A stretch of 58,939 nt of DNA, taken from Actinomycetes bacterium (GTDB lineage Bacteria; Actinomycetota; Acidimicrobiia; Acidimicrobiales; JANYDT01). Both the position numbers and the translations under genes were made by a program. Every line of letters starts with the position of its first letter. Within the stretch, counting starts at the first letter, position 1. The notes under the pieces were generated by a model. It was not told where the DNA came from. It worked only from the letters and a program-made list of their open reading frames with translations, and searched no databases. The stretch lies in assembly GCA_031368095.1 (NCBI GenBank), contig JANLQX010000514.1, positions 1-58,939 of the forward strand. The letters run 5' to 3'. Below, piece after piece: positions 24,044 through 33,617 of the stretch.

Positions 24044-24571
24044 ATGTCGGAAGATCTTAAGAAAACAGGGAGGGTTCGAGTTCCGGCAAAGCACAAAAGG
24101 AACTTCGAGGAGACCCATGAAATACTCACGGAAGCCTATGTGACGTTTCTAACCAATGGCTACCCGAAATACCCCAACCCAAAAATGAAGCAGCCGACGA
24201 TCAAGCAGCTTTGCGAAATCGCAGAAATGAACAAGAGGACAGTGGAAAGACACCTGGCGGAACTCGACAAAGACCTGAACTTCACCCGTCGAGCAAGCAA
24301 GTACAGACTGGCATCCGATGTGATTATGAAGTCATGGCTAAAAGCAGCAGTCAAAGGGAACGTCGCTGCCGGTGAGAAATTCATGCAGGTATCCGAACAG
24401 ATTAATTTCGGGTCCATTGTGAAAATAGAGACTGGAGATCTTTATCCCGGGCCGGATTTGGTGAAGCTAGGCAAAGAAGACTTGATAGCCTATAAAGCCC
24501 TTATGAAGAAGATGGCCGGAAAGGCGGAAAGTGGTAACTCTCAACCCGCACCACGAACTACACAGGATTGA
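24044..24571 (+). CDS. terS: Terminase small subunit candidate (HTH)
   Basis: Position immediately upstream of and overlapping TerL. HTH-like segment PTIKQLCEIAEMNKRTVERHLAEL. Confidence 0.55.
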   Translation: MSEDLKKTGRVRVPAKHKRNFEETHEILTEAYVTFLTNGYPKYPNPKMKQPTIKQLCEIAEMNKRTVERHLAELDKDLNFTRRASKYRLASDVIMKSWLKAAVKGNVAAGEKFMQVSEQINFGSIVKIETGDLYPGPDLVKLGKEDLIAYKALMKKMAGKAESGNSQPAPRTTQD

Positions 24572-25973
24572 GGTCGAAGAAGCCCGTCGAGAACTGATTC
24601 CGTACATTAAGGGCAATATTCCCGGGTACATAGACGGTTGGGTGCACCAAAAGATTGCCGCAGCCCTGGAGCAGTTTTCAAGGGATGTGGTAGCCCTGAA
24701 ATCCCCTCGTTTAATGCTATTTATGCCCCCCCGGCACGGAAAAAGTGAATTATCGAGCCAAAACTTTCCAGCCTGGCACCTCGGGCATCACCCCGAGCAT
24801 GAAATCATTGCTGCATCCTACAACATCGACAAGGGCGAGGACTATTCCGAAAAGGCTTTAGAGTACGCGCAGGGCGAGTGGCATAAGCAGGTGTTCCCAG
24901 GCTTCGAATTCAAGGGTAAGAAGCAAAGCCGTTCCCACTGGAAGACCAAAAAAGGCGGAAAGATGCTCGGTACTGGTGTGGGTGGCGCCATTACCGGTAA
25001 AGGAGCGCACATTGTAATCCTGGATGACTTGGTGAAGAACTGGGAAGAGGCTATTTCCAAGACCAAGCGAGAAACAGCCTGGAACTTCTACACGTCCACC
25101 ATTCGCACGCGCCTTGCCCCAGGCGCTGGCATAATTCTGATCATGACCAGGTGGCATGAGGACGACGTGGCCGGCAGGCTCCTCAAAAAGATGGAGGAGA
25201 ACGCGGCAATCCGCCGATGGCAGATAATCGAGTTCCCGGCAATCGCGGAGAAGGACGAAGAGTTCCGAAAGAATGGTGAAGCCCTGCACCCCGAGCGGTA
25301 TGGGTTGCCAGATTTGAAGGAAATCGAGGTTGAGGTTGGGCCCCGCGTCTGGATCTCTCTGTATCAGCAAAAGCCGCGTCCGCTTGGTGGACAGTATATC
25401 CGAGCTTCCTGGTTCAAGCGAATTTCCGTAGCGGAAATGCCAAAGCCGACGCGAGAGGTGCGGTTCTGGGATCTTGCTGTAAAGGCAGCCCAGGCAAACG
25501 ATGAGTCTGCCAGTGTGCGAATGTTCATTGTGTCCAAGATCCCAGAAGGCGGACGGACTCCGTTGACATACGTGTACCTTCGAATGATGACAGCCTACAA
25601 AAAGGAATGGCCGGACAGCAAAAAGACCATTATTGCCCTGGCTTTGGCCGAGAAAATACCGATCGGCATCGAAGCCAATTCAGCTTTCGAAATCGCCGTG
25701 CAGGAGATCCGCGCCGACCTTAAGGGAAAGATCAATGTGACTGGAATCTCGATGTCCACGGACAAGCTCACGCGGGCATTGCCGTGGATGGACTTGGCTG
25801 AGGCTGGCCGAGTGTTCCTAGTTGACGGCGAAGGAGCTGATTGGATACCCGCTTTTCTTTCGGAGTGCGAAAGCTGGGATCCGCTGGAGAGCGCTCAGGC
25901 CGACAATCGAATTGACGCGGTTTCCGGAGCATATATGATGGTTGGAGTTAAAAAAATGGCCAAAATTATATGA
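24531..25973 (+). CDS. terL: Terminase large subunit
   Basis: Walker A-like MPPRHGKSE, Walker B IVILDDLV, and a C-terminal nuclease-like region. GTG start follows GGAAAGG. Confidence 0.85.
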   Translation: MVTLNPHHELHRIEVEEARRELIPYIKGNIPGYIDGWVHQKIAAALEQFSRDVVALKSPRLMLFMPPRHGKSELSSQNFPAWHLGHHPEHEIIAASYNIDKGEDYSEKALEYAQGEWHKQVFPGFEFKGKKQSRSHWKTKKGGKMLGTGVGGAITGKGAHIVILDDLVKNWEEAISKTKRETAWNFYTSTIRTRLAPGAGIILIMTRWHEDDVAGRLLKKMEENAAIRRWQIIEFPAIAEKDEEFRKNGEALHPERYGLPDLKEIEVEVGPRVWISLYQQKPRPLGGQYIRASWFKRISVAEMPKPTREVRFWDLAVKAAQANDESASVRMFIVSKIPEGGRTPLTYVYLRMMTAYKKEWPDSKKTIIALALAEKIPIGIEANSAFEIAVQEIRADLKGKINVTGISMSTDKLTRALPWMDLAEAGRVFLVDGEGADWIPAFLSECESWDPLESAQADNRIDAVSGAYMMVGVKKMAKII

Positions 25974-26097
25974 AATCTGGAATAATAGCTTTAACATGAA
26001 AAGTATATTCCATAAAATGAAATACATTTAGAACGAAAAGGGGGCCTCTCTGCCTTTTAAAACAAGCTTTCCATTCTGGGGGTTAAAAAAGAAGGGC

Positions 26098-28104
26098 GTG
26101 GAGTTTTCCGACTTCATGCGAGATCTCCGTTACGATAACGGCGATGGGACAGATGTTCGTCAGGCCTATAAGAAAAATGTTTGGGTTTATGCATGCGTTC
26201 GAGCCATTTTCAATGGGCAGAATACCGTACCTTGGTACCTCCGCGATGAACGAACCCAAGAGCGCGTTAAAAAAACCAATCCATGGCAGCGCCTATTCCT
26301 GAATCCTAACCCGCTTATGGAATGCATGCAGGTCTGGAAGATGCATACCATACTTTTCGAAACCAAGGGTGAGTCTTTTTGGCTTTTGTTCGATGCGTAC
26401 ATGAAGCCTGTTGCGCTAAATGCGGTTCCGGATTCAATGTGGGTTTACGGGCCCGATAAAGTAACGCCATGGATTGATACCGATACACAGACATTCAAAG
26501 GGTGGAAGTACAAAGCACGCCTAGACCGGGAAGAGTACCAGTACTTCCGACCATGGCAGGTGCTGCGATTCTTCGACGTGGACCCAGACAATGTATTCAG
26601 GGCTTTAGCGCCTATCGAGCCAGCATCAATGTCCATTAAGGTTCAGGGCAAGGCTATGGGATTCAATGAGTCCTATTTGGACAATGGAGCAAAGGTTGAC
26701 GGCGTAATTAATATCGACGCTGAGACTTATCAGGCAATGGGTGAAGAAGGCTTGGAGGCCATGCAGGAACGCTTTGCCGATAGGTACGGCGGATACCGTA
26801 AGAACGGAAAGACCCCAATTATCGCGGGCGGAGATTTCAAGCCTACTGGTTCCGGTCCAAAAGACATGGACTTCCAGAACCTTTCGGAATGGACAAGAGA
26901 GGAGATCATCGGTGCTTTTGGTGTGCCAGAACTACTGGTAGGCCTAACTAAAAATTTAAACATGGCGACTTCTCAAGAAGAAATCAAGATGTTTTTCACT
27001 AACAATGTCATTCCAAAGCTTGACTACTGCGCTTCCGTAATCAACAACAAGCTTCTGCTTGGAACCGGTGTGGAGTTCTATTGGGATAAGCACGCAATTA
27101 AAGCCCTTCAAGATGCCTTGGACTCAAAGGTGGCCAACGCTGTTGAGCTTGTTACTGTTCTCGGGTACTCAACCAACGAAGTAAACAGAAAATTGGAATT
27201 GGGCATGGATGAAATCAAGGAGAAGTGGGCGGATACGCCTGTGGACCCAAGAACACTGAACCAGGCGGCCCCGACTGTTCCTCCAGGAAAAGGCAGCAAA
27301 AAGTCCGAAGAGATGTCCGATCCAGAATTGATTAGCCTGTCCGCCGATCGAGACGTGGCGATGGAATACTGGAACGATGTTGTGAGGCCGGTCGAAAATC
27401 GAATGCGGCCTAAAATTGTGTCGTACTGGCTACGGATGAAGAAAGACCAGCTCGAAAGGTTTGATTCGAAGTTTGGGAAGGAAGCGTCTGTATTATCAAA
27501 GTCATTCGAGGATGATTTGCAGCAGGCGATGTTCGACAGCGAGAAGTGGGACAACAAGCTTCGATCTGAAAGTCTTCCTTTCCACCAACAGGCGTTCACT
27601 AATTCGGTCGCTCATTTGCGCGAAGAAATCGACACGTTCTATGTATTCAAGCCCGGTTCGGAAAAGGTGGCCGCGCTCCTGGCACAAAAGAACAGCCGAA
27701 TCACCGGAGTGAACGACACTTTTAAAGAATCCCTGCTTGCCAGTCTGGCCGAGGGAGTAAAGCTGGGCGAGAGCATTCCTGTGCTTCGCGGTCGAATAGT
27801 CACGCAGTTCAGCGCGAAGATTGACACGGCGAATACCATTGCCAGGACCGAGACGGCGCAAGCCGCTGGAATGGTTCGCCACATGGCAATGGAGGATGAG
27901 GGCCTACTGAAAAGGTGGGTATCCGCCCATGATGGCCATGAGAGAAGCGCCCACCTCCGGTTTAATAACCTGCCGGCAAAAAGCTTGAATTACGAATATG
28001 CCAAGGGCTTGAAATTCCCCTGCGATCCTGATTGCAGTGACGCGGCACAGGTATGCAACTGTCGATGCTTTGAGAAAGCGGAGCGAAGGCCGGAAGCTCA
28101 GTGA
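26098..28104 (+). CDS. Portal protein fused to a Mu F-like (SPP1 gp7-like) minor head domain
   Basis: The N-terminal ~400 aa are portal-like (GESFWLLFD...). The C-terminus TIARTETAQAAGMVRHMAMEDEGLLKRWVSAHDGHERSAHLRFNN...CNCRCF matches Phage_Mu_F. Confidence 0.75.
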   Translation: MEFSDFMRDLRYDNGDGTDVRQAYKKNVWVYACVRAIFNGQNTVPWYLRDERTQERVKKTNPWQRLFLNPNPLMECMQVWKMHTILFETKGESFWLLFDAYMKPVALNAVPDSMWVYGPDKVTPWIDTDTQTFKGWKYKARLDREEYQYFRPWQVLRFFDVDPDNVFRALAPIEPASMSIKVQGKAMGFNESYLDNGAKVDGVINIDAETYQAMGEEGLEAMQERFADRYGGYRKNGKTPIIAGGDFKPTGSGPKDMDFQNLSEWTREEIIGAFGVPELLVGLTKNLNMATSQEEIKMFFTNNVIPKLDYCASVINNKLLLGTGVEFYWDKHAIKALQDALDSKVANAVELVTVLGYSTNEVNRKLELGMDEIKEKWADTPVDPRTLNQAAPTVPPGKGSKKSEEMSDPELISLSADRDVAMEYWNDVVRPVENRMRPKIVSYWLRMKKDQLERFDSKFGKEASVLSKSFEDDLQQAMFDSEKWDNKLRSESLPFHQQAFTNSVAHLREEIDTFYVFKPGSEKVAALLAQKNSRITGVNDTFKESLLASLAEGVKLGESIPVLRGRIVTQFSAKIDTANTIARTETAQAAGMVRHMAMEDEGLLKRWVSAHDGHERSAHLRFNNLPAKSLNYEYAKGLKFPCDPDCSDAAQVCNCRCFEKAERRPEAQ

Positions 28105-28269
28105 GCTTGCTTTGCGTGCAGTCATTCGGATGCCCCTATCAAAAAAATGATGTTTCATGGCAAAAAAAGAGTCAGCACCCCTTTTTTCTTGTTGCAACTC
28201 GAAGTATTATCGAGATGAAGCATTATTCCATAAAGGTGGAATACTGAAAACACAGCGGAGAAAAAGCGC

Positions 28270-29373
28270 ATGAGCTTGAAACTGAAGCAACTCCTCGCAA
28301 CGCTGGCTCTCGAAGGCACGCGCACCATGTTATACGATAACAAGGGTGAAGGGTTCATGCCTGCCGAGGCTTTAGCAAAGTCCTTAGTCACCGCTGGCTC
28401 TGAAATCTCCACCACTGAATACCTGGAGATCTGCGATAAAAACGGTTTCAACCCCGAAGAAGATCCTTTGGATTTGGCAAATCAAACCTTGTCGGCCGAG
28501 GACAGGGCTACCCGCAAAACAGCCTATTTGGCCAAGCTGGTTTCTGAAAACAAAGCATCCAAAGTCTTGGAGCAGGATCGAATCCTTACCTTCAGAGCTT
28601 CCGACGAAAGCGTAGATAGGGCCGGAGACATCGTTCGGGTTGCAGGCTGGGAATTCACCGATTTCGAAAAGAACCCGGTATTTCTGGACGGGCACGACTA
28701 TCGCAAAGCTCCGATTGGCCGAGTGGTCAAGGTCTGGAAAGAGGAAAGCGACTCAGGAGCGGCAACAGGCAAGTCCATCATGGCTCGCGTTTACTTTCCT
28801 AACAAGGACATTTCCGAAGCTTCCGACGCTGCATATCGCGGAGTCAAAGGCGGCTTGTACAGCGCTGTTTCGGTTGGCTTTCAGCCTTCCTCAATCAACA
28901 ACCCAGAAGGCCAAGAAGAGCGCGATGCGCTTGGCCTTGGCCGGTATGGCGTGGAATTCCTAAAGCAAAAACTATGGGAGCTTTCCCTGGTCACCGTACC
29001 AGCGAACTCCAATGCCCTGGTTATCAACTCGGCCGAGCATGCCGAAATCTGTACTAAAATGGGTGTGCCGTTTGAATTAACTGAGAAAACTATTGAGTCC
29101 TCCGCCCCCGATATTTCAGCCGAAATAAAAGGATTCCGCGAAGAAATTTCCGGACTACGAGCGGATATAAAGTCTATCCTGGGCCTTTTCAAAGACCTCT
29201 CAGAAACAGTTAAAACTATCGAACAGTCCTGTGTGGAAATCATAACCCGATCGATTAAGTCAGACGCGAATGACGGCGGAGCTGGCCCCAGCCAAAAGGC
29301 TCCCGATGCTGTTGAAGCGCCAGACAGTTTCGAGAAGGCTTTGGAAGCCATCAAAGGCCTTAAAGTCTCGTAA
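28270..29373 (+). CDS. HK97-family prohead serine protease (S78) with C-terminal scaffold-like extension
   Basis: RILTFRASDESVDRAGDIVRVAGWEFTDFEKNPVFLDGHD...ELSLVTVPANSNA. Confidence 0.8.
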   Translation: MSLKLKQLLATLALEGTRTMLYDNKGEGFMPAEALAKSLVTAGSEISTTEYLEICDKNGFNPEEDPLDLANQTLSAEDRATRKTAYLAKLVSENKASKVLEQDRILTFRASDESVDRAGDIVRVAGWEFTDFEKNPVFLDGHDYRKAPIGRVVKVWKEESDSGAATGKSIMARVYFPNKDISEASDAAYRGVKGGLYSAVSVGFQPSSINNPEGQEERDALGLGRYGVEFLKQKLWELSLVTVPANSNALVINSAEHAEICTKMGVPFELTEKTIESSAPDISAEIKGFREEISGLRADIKSILGLFKDLSETVKTIEQSCVEIITRSIKSDANDGGAGPSQKAPDAVEAPDSFEKALEAIKGLKVS

Positions 29374-29406
29374 TCACATCAAACCATTTTTTAAGGAGTA
29401 TTTAGA

Positions 29407-30597
29407 ATGACACCAGAACAGATTGCATCCCTGAAAGCAGCCCTTGAAGCCAAAGTAGCTGAGGGATTGATCTCCTTGGCATCGGCAAACAAGAGCCTGG
29501 AAGAAACCATTAAGAACATGGGCATCCAGATCGACGCTGTGAAATCCAAGCTCGCCGTCAGCCTGCCTGGCGTGGACCTTGGCACCAAGGATTCTGAGAA
29601 ATTCAGCTTCCTTCGTGTTTTCACCGGCCTCAAGACCGGAAACTGGAAGCATGCCGGCTTCGAAAAAGAAATCATGGACCAGACCCAGGAAAAGGCTTTG
29701 TCCGCTGGATCCGGTTCAACCGGTGGATTCATTGTTCCTGTTGAGTTCTCCCGTCAGCTCATCGAATTGTTCTACGCTCAGAGCGTGGTGATGAAGATGG
29801 GTGCAAGCCGCATCAACCCAACCGGAATTCCTTTCGAAATGCCCAAGATGATTGGCGGAGCTTCCGCTGCATGGGCAGATGAAGGTGCAACCATTTCGGA
29901 ATCCCAGCCCGCCTTCGGCAAGATTTCGATGACTCCGAAATACCTGACGGCATTGGTGCCCATGAGCGACCGCCTGATCGCCTACAGCGATCCGGCCGCC
30001 GAAGCCCTGGTCCGTAAGGACATTGTTCGCGCCTTGGATTTGAAGCTTGACTTCGGTTGCCTGTACGGCGATGGAACTCTTTCCAGCCCCGTCGGCATCG
30101 TCAACCAGGAGGGAATCAATACCCTCGAAGTCGGCGCGAACGGCGATGACCCCACCTATGATTTCATGATCGACATGGAAGGACAAGTGGAAGATGCGAA
30201 CGCCTTGGATGGCGAGCTTGGTTTCATTTCCAATCCCGCTGTCTTCCGTAAAATTCGGAAGCAAAAGGTTGCTCAATACGCCGGTCAGACCGATGGCAAT
30301 CCTTTGTTCCAGCCCATTATGACCAAGGACCAGCTCACTGGTGCAATTGGCAAGTGGGCATCCTCAACCCAGGTTTCCAAGACCAGGGCCAAAGGCTCAG
30401 CCACCACTCTTTCCAGCCTGATCTATGGCAACTGGGCCGAACTGCTTGTAGCGGTATGGGGATCCTTGGTGTTGAAGTCCTCCGACCAGGTGTACTTCAA
30501 GCAGAACATTACTTGCCTCAAGGCAGTGATGGAAGCGGACTGCGCTCTGCGCCACGCCAAATCGTTCAGCTACGCACCTTACGTCACGACCATCTAA
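29407..30597 (+). CDS. HK97-family major capsid protein
   Basis: Coiled-coil delta-like N-terminus, then GGFIVPVEFSRQLIELFYAQSVVMKMGA. A terminator lies immediately downstream. Confidence 0.85.
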   Translation: MTPEQIASLKAALEAKVAEGLISLASANKSLEETIKNMGIQIDAVKSKLAVSLPGVDLGTKDSEKFSFLRVFTGLKTGNWKHAGFEKEIMDQTQEKALSAGSGSTGGFIVPVEFSRQLIELFYAQSVVMKMGASRINPTGIPFEMPKMIGGASAAWADEGATISESQPAFGKISMTPKYLTALVPMSDRLIAYSDPAAEALVRKDIVRALDLKLDFGCLYGDGTLSSPVGIVNQEGINTLEVGANGDDPTYDFMIDMEGQVEDANALDGELGFISNPAVFRKIRKQKVAQYAGQTDGNPLFQPIMTKDQLTGAIGKWASSTQVSKTRAKGSATTLSSLIYGNWAELLVAVWGSLVLKSSDQVYFKQNITCLKAVMEADCALRHAKSFSYAPYVTTI

Positions 30598-30604
30598 ATC
30601 ATTA

Positions 30605-30638
30605 GCCCCTCCTCTGTCGCGGGGGAGGGCGCTTTTTT
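30605..30638 (+). terminator. Rho-independent terminator after the capsid gene
   Basis: GCCCCTCC...GGAGGGCGC hairpin followed by TTTTTT. Confidence 0.7.
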
Positions 30639-30687
30639 CCTTGCGGTGTTTTACTAGACAACAATAAACCTTTTCCGGAGTTATCCA

Positions 30688-31161
30688 ATGAGACATGCAC
30701 TTCATGAAAGAATCAAGCCGATCAACCTGATCACGCCTGCATCCAGGGCATCAGCCGCCGTCACCCATAACGGTCAGGCTGCCGGCAACGTCGGATATGA
30801 CCTTACCGCCATCAAGGCCCGCGAAGTCGCTGTTCTCTTGGTGATGGGAACCATTGCTACCGGTGGCGCTCTCGCTGTCACTCTGAAACACGGCGATGTG
30901 ATCGCAACCACCGATGCGTCCTACGTCACCGTTGTGGATGGTGCCGCTAACCAAGCAGTGCTGAATGTTGCGGACACTGACGGCGGGAAAATCTACCTCG
31001 CTCGCCTCCGGGCTGAGGTACTGAAGAAGTTCCTGGATGTTCAGATCTCGCAAACCGGCGCGGTCGCCATTCTGTACAACGTCGTGTTGCTGTTCGGAGA
31101 CTCTCTTGCGGAAGCCATCGCGCAAACCGCAGGCGTCGTGTTCTTCAGCCACAACCCGTAA
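30688..31161 (+). CDS. Hypothetical virion protein
   Basis: Position in the head module; Ala/Val/Gly-rich; 157 codons. Confidence 0.55.
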   Translation: MRHALHERIKPINLITPASRASAAVTHNGQAAGNVGYDLTAIKAREVAVLLVMGTIATGGALAVTLKHGDVIATTDASYVTVVDGAANQAVLNVADTDGGKIYLARLRAEVLKKFLDVQISQTGAVAILYNVVLLFGDSLAEAIAQTAGVVFFSHNP

Positions 31162-31203
31162 TCAGTACTCGGATTTCATAAGCCAAATAGGAGGGACGAA
31201 CCC

Positions 31204-31581
31204 ATGGCTTTGACGAAATTCCAAGTGAAAGAGGGCTATGCTTTCTTTCACTTGGATAAAAATGGTACCAGGCTCAAGAGCACTCCTACCGGGGGTGTTG
31301 TTGAGCTTTTGGACCAGAATCAATTTGAGCAATCCTGGAAGTTGGAAGCAGTCGAAAAGGACGCTCCTGTTGCACCAAATGACATGGAGCTTCTAGTCGG
31401 TTACCGAGGAAATAAAAATCTTGGAGATTTATTTCATGAGAGCAAAATAAAAACCTTCGTCCAAGTATTGAATCTCGACTCTAAGGAGCTGGACGCCTGC
31501 TTTAAGGGCAACAAGGAGCAGAGAGCTTCACAAAGCAAGGCTCTACTCGAAAGCGCCTATAGCCTGGCTGGGATAGGTTAA
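31204..31581 (+). CDS. Hypothetical virion protein
   Basis: RBS AGGAGGGA upstream; head-module position. Confidence 0.6.
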   Translation: MALTKFQVKEGYAFFHLDKNGTRLKSTPTGGVVELLDQNQFEQSWKLEAVEKDAPVAPNDMELLVGYRGNKNLGDLFHESKIKTFVQVLNLDSKELDACFKGNKEQRASQSKALLESAYSLAGIG

Positions 31582-31584
31582 TTC

Positions 31585-32205
31585 GTGGATATTACTACTC
31601 TGACGCGAGTAAAGCTTCTGGCTGGTGCTGCCAGGGACGGATCTGATGACACAGTGCTCGCTCAGATTATCGTCGGCGTTTCTGCTATGGCAGAGCGCGA
31701 AATGAAAATGGGCGTACACAGGTGCAAACGTAAAGAAACCATGAATGTCATTCGGCATCAGAAGGTTTTTAATCTCAAAAATACGCCGGTTTCAACCATT
31801 GTCTCTGTTAAAAATGATCAATGGGATATTCCTGTTTCCGCAGTCCAATGGGAATCGAACGGGATCATCCGTATCGCTGGCGACGCTATTTATACCTCTA
31901 TGGGAAGGACCACAACGCCGTTCGCTGGAACTATTTTGCGTGGCGAGCTTTACTACGGACCAGGCATGCTGATTGTTGAATATATAGGCGGCATGGCTAC
32001 CGATACTGCTGAATTTTGTGAGAAGTACGAAGATATTGCTTATGAAGCCGACAAGCAGGTGGTTTTTGAATTCCGTAGGATGAAAACGATCACAGAAAAG
32101 TCCGTATCTGCTGGGGGCGCAACTACATCATTTGAAACATTCGATGTACGTCCATCATTCCTAAAGGCTTTGCATAGCCGAAGGCGTAGGGTGTGGCTTG
32201 CCTAG
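31585..32205 (+). CDS. Head-tail connector (gp6-like) candidate
   Basis: N-terminal TLTRVKLLAGAARDGSDDTVLAQIIVGVSAMAEREM resembles gp6-like adaptor proteins. GTG start. Confidence 0.5.
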   Translation: MDITTLTRVKLLAGAARDGSDDTVLAQIIVGVSAMAEREMKMGVHRCKRKETMNVIRHQKVFNLKNTPVSTIVSVKNDQWDIPVSAVQWESNGIIRIAGDAIYTSMGRTTTPFAGTILRGELYYGPGMLIVEYIGGMATDTAEFCEKYEDIAYEADKQVVFEFRRMKTITEKSVSAGGATTSFETFDVRPSFLKALHSRRRRVWLA

Positions 32206-32770
32206 TAAAGAGTGGAAAGATATATCGGTTGGCATTCGCGCAAAGATCTTGCTGATTCGCGACGTTGCTTCAGCGAACTTCTTGAAGCGCGAAGCCCCGC
32301 TTCTATCGGGGAAAATTGCCGAGACGTTTTATACTACTGGGGGTCGCGGCGTAAAGGTTCGATCTGGACATGCCAGACGTGGTTGGACTGAGTTTTATCC
32401 AGCCCCAAACCAGGCTGTTGTTGCTAATACAGTGCCCTATGCCGACTTCACCAAAGAGCGGGTTATTGTCCCAAAAAAAGGAAAGATGCTTGCGATCCCC
32501 ATAGGCAAAGCCTTGACCAACGCAGGCGTCGCAAGGTTTACTGGCCCTCGTGATCCCGCACTTCCTAAGCTATCGCTAATCGCTAGACCAGGAAAGGCCC
32601 CATTACTCGTTGACACCGCAGGAAAAAAGAAATTCGACGTTTACTTCGCGCTTGTCCCAAAAGTTCGCATTCCAGCGTATACTGGCGACCTTCCTGCATT
32701 CATACGCCAAGAAAAATCCGCTATTGCGGAGCGGTTCCTTCCGTACATTAAAAAAGCCTTCGAATCATGA
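32198..32770 (+). CDS. Head-tail joining / virion morphogenesis protein candidate
   Basis: Assigned by gene order only. Confidence 0.45.
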   Translation: MPSKEWKDISVGIRAKILLIRDVASANFLKREAPLLSGKIAETFYTTGGRGVKVRSGHARRGWTEFYPAPNQAVVANTVPYADFTKERVIVPKKGKMLAIPIGKALTNAGVARFTGPRDPALPKLSLIARPGKAPLLVDTAGKKKFDVYFALVPKVRIPAYTGDLPAFIRQEKSAIAERFLPYIKKAFES

Positions 32771-33495
32771 CACCGATAGAAACCCTAATTGTTCGCGCCT
32801 ACGTACAAAGCATTAGCCGTGTTGTTGCAGAATCTTATCTTACTTATGGCGCATCAAATACGAATGACGGTCTTCAAATATCATCATCCGGGATCTACTC
32901 AGGAACAGTCCCTCGCAAGTTTAATTTGGAAGCCACAGGATACGGCACCATGCTTGTTACCGAGATGGCAGACGTAAACAAAAATCCAGACGCGCCGTAT
33001 TCGGTCGCCGTGGTTAGCGGTGTTCCATTCGTTATCACTGGTACCGGGATTTCCGTTACAGCCACTTTTGATTCAGACGGTGTGTTGATGATTGGAGACA
33101 AGTTCCAGCTTAGGGTTGGAAAGTGCAGCACAACGATTCGGGAGGTTATTCCTTGGGAGAAATCCAGAGCCGCTCTCGCTCATCCTGGCGCCATCATTTA
33201 TGTGCCAAGCACAGAAAAGAGCCTTGAGCGTGTCCAGGGGTATATGTGTACTATGGATATGGTGATCGAGTTCTTGACCGATCTAAGATCCAATGATTCC
33301 GAAGGGTTAGCTGAAGATATTGGGTGCATTGAAAATGAGCTAAACCGCGATCTAACCCAGGGAGATGTATGCTGGAAGTCGGAAATCAATAAAGTTCAAA
33401 AGTTTGACACTGATGGGGTTGATGTTGTCGGAGCGCAAATTTTTTGTACCGCGTATTATCGACATACCACAGCCGATGTTTCAGAAAGGTTCTAA
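32767..33495 (+). CDS. Hypothetical virion protein
   Basis: ATGA coupling to the upstream gene; 242 codons. Confidence 0.55.
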   Translation: MTPIETLIVRAYVQSISRVVAESYLTYGASNTNDGLQISSSGIYSGTVPRKFNLEATGYGTMLVTEMADVNKNPDAPYSVAVVSGVPFVITGTGISVTATFDSDGVLMIGDKFQLRVGKCSTTIREVIPWEKSRAALAHPGAIIYVPSTEKSLERVQGYMCTMDMVIEFLTDLRSNDSEGLAEDIGCIENELNRDLTQGDVCWKSEINKVQKFDTDGVDVVGAQIFCTAYYRHTTADVSERF

Positions 33496-33617
33496 TGAAA
33501 GAAATATCAAATTTTGAGCGTAATAAGCCGCTCTATGCACTGATATTCAGAGAATAAAAACTTATACTGATTTGGAGAAAGTCGTCCAAATGAAACAAAT
33601 ATGAAAGGGTTAATACC

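Noticed and set aside
24858-25370. 170-aa minus-strand ORF inside the terminase large subunit, and similar antisense ORFs in the portal, capsid and tape-measure genes (e.g. 27108..27599, 29716..30276, 43060..43401)
   Set aside because: All are embedded in strongly supported + strand structural genes and lack start signals. These are shadow ORFs.
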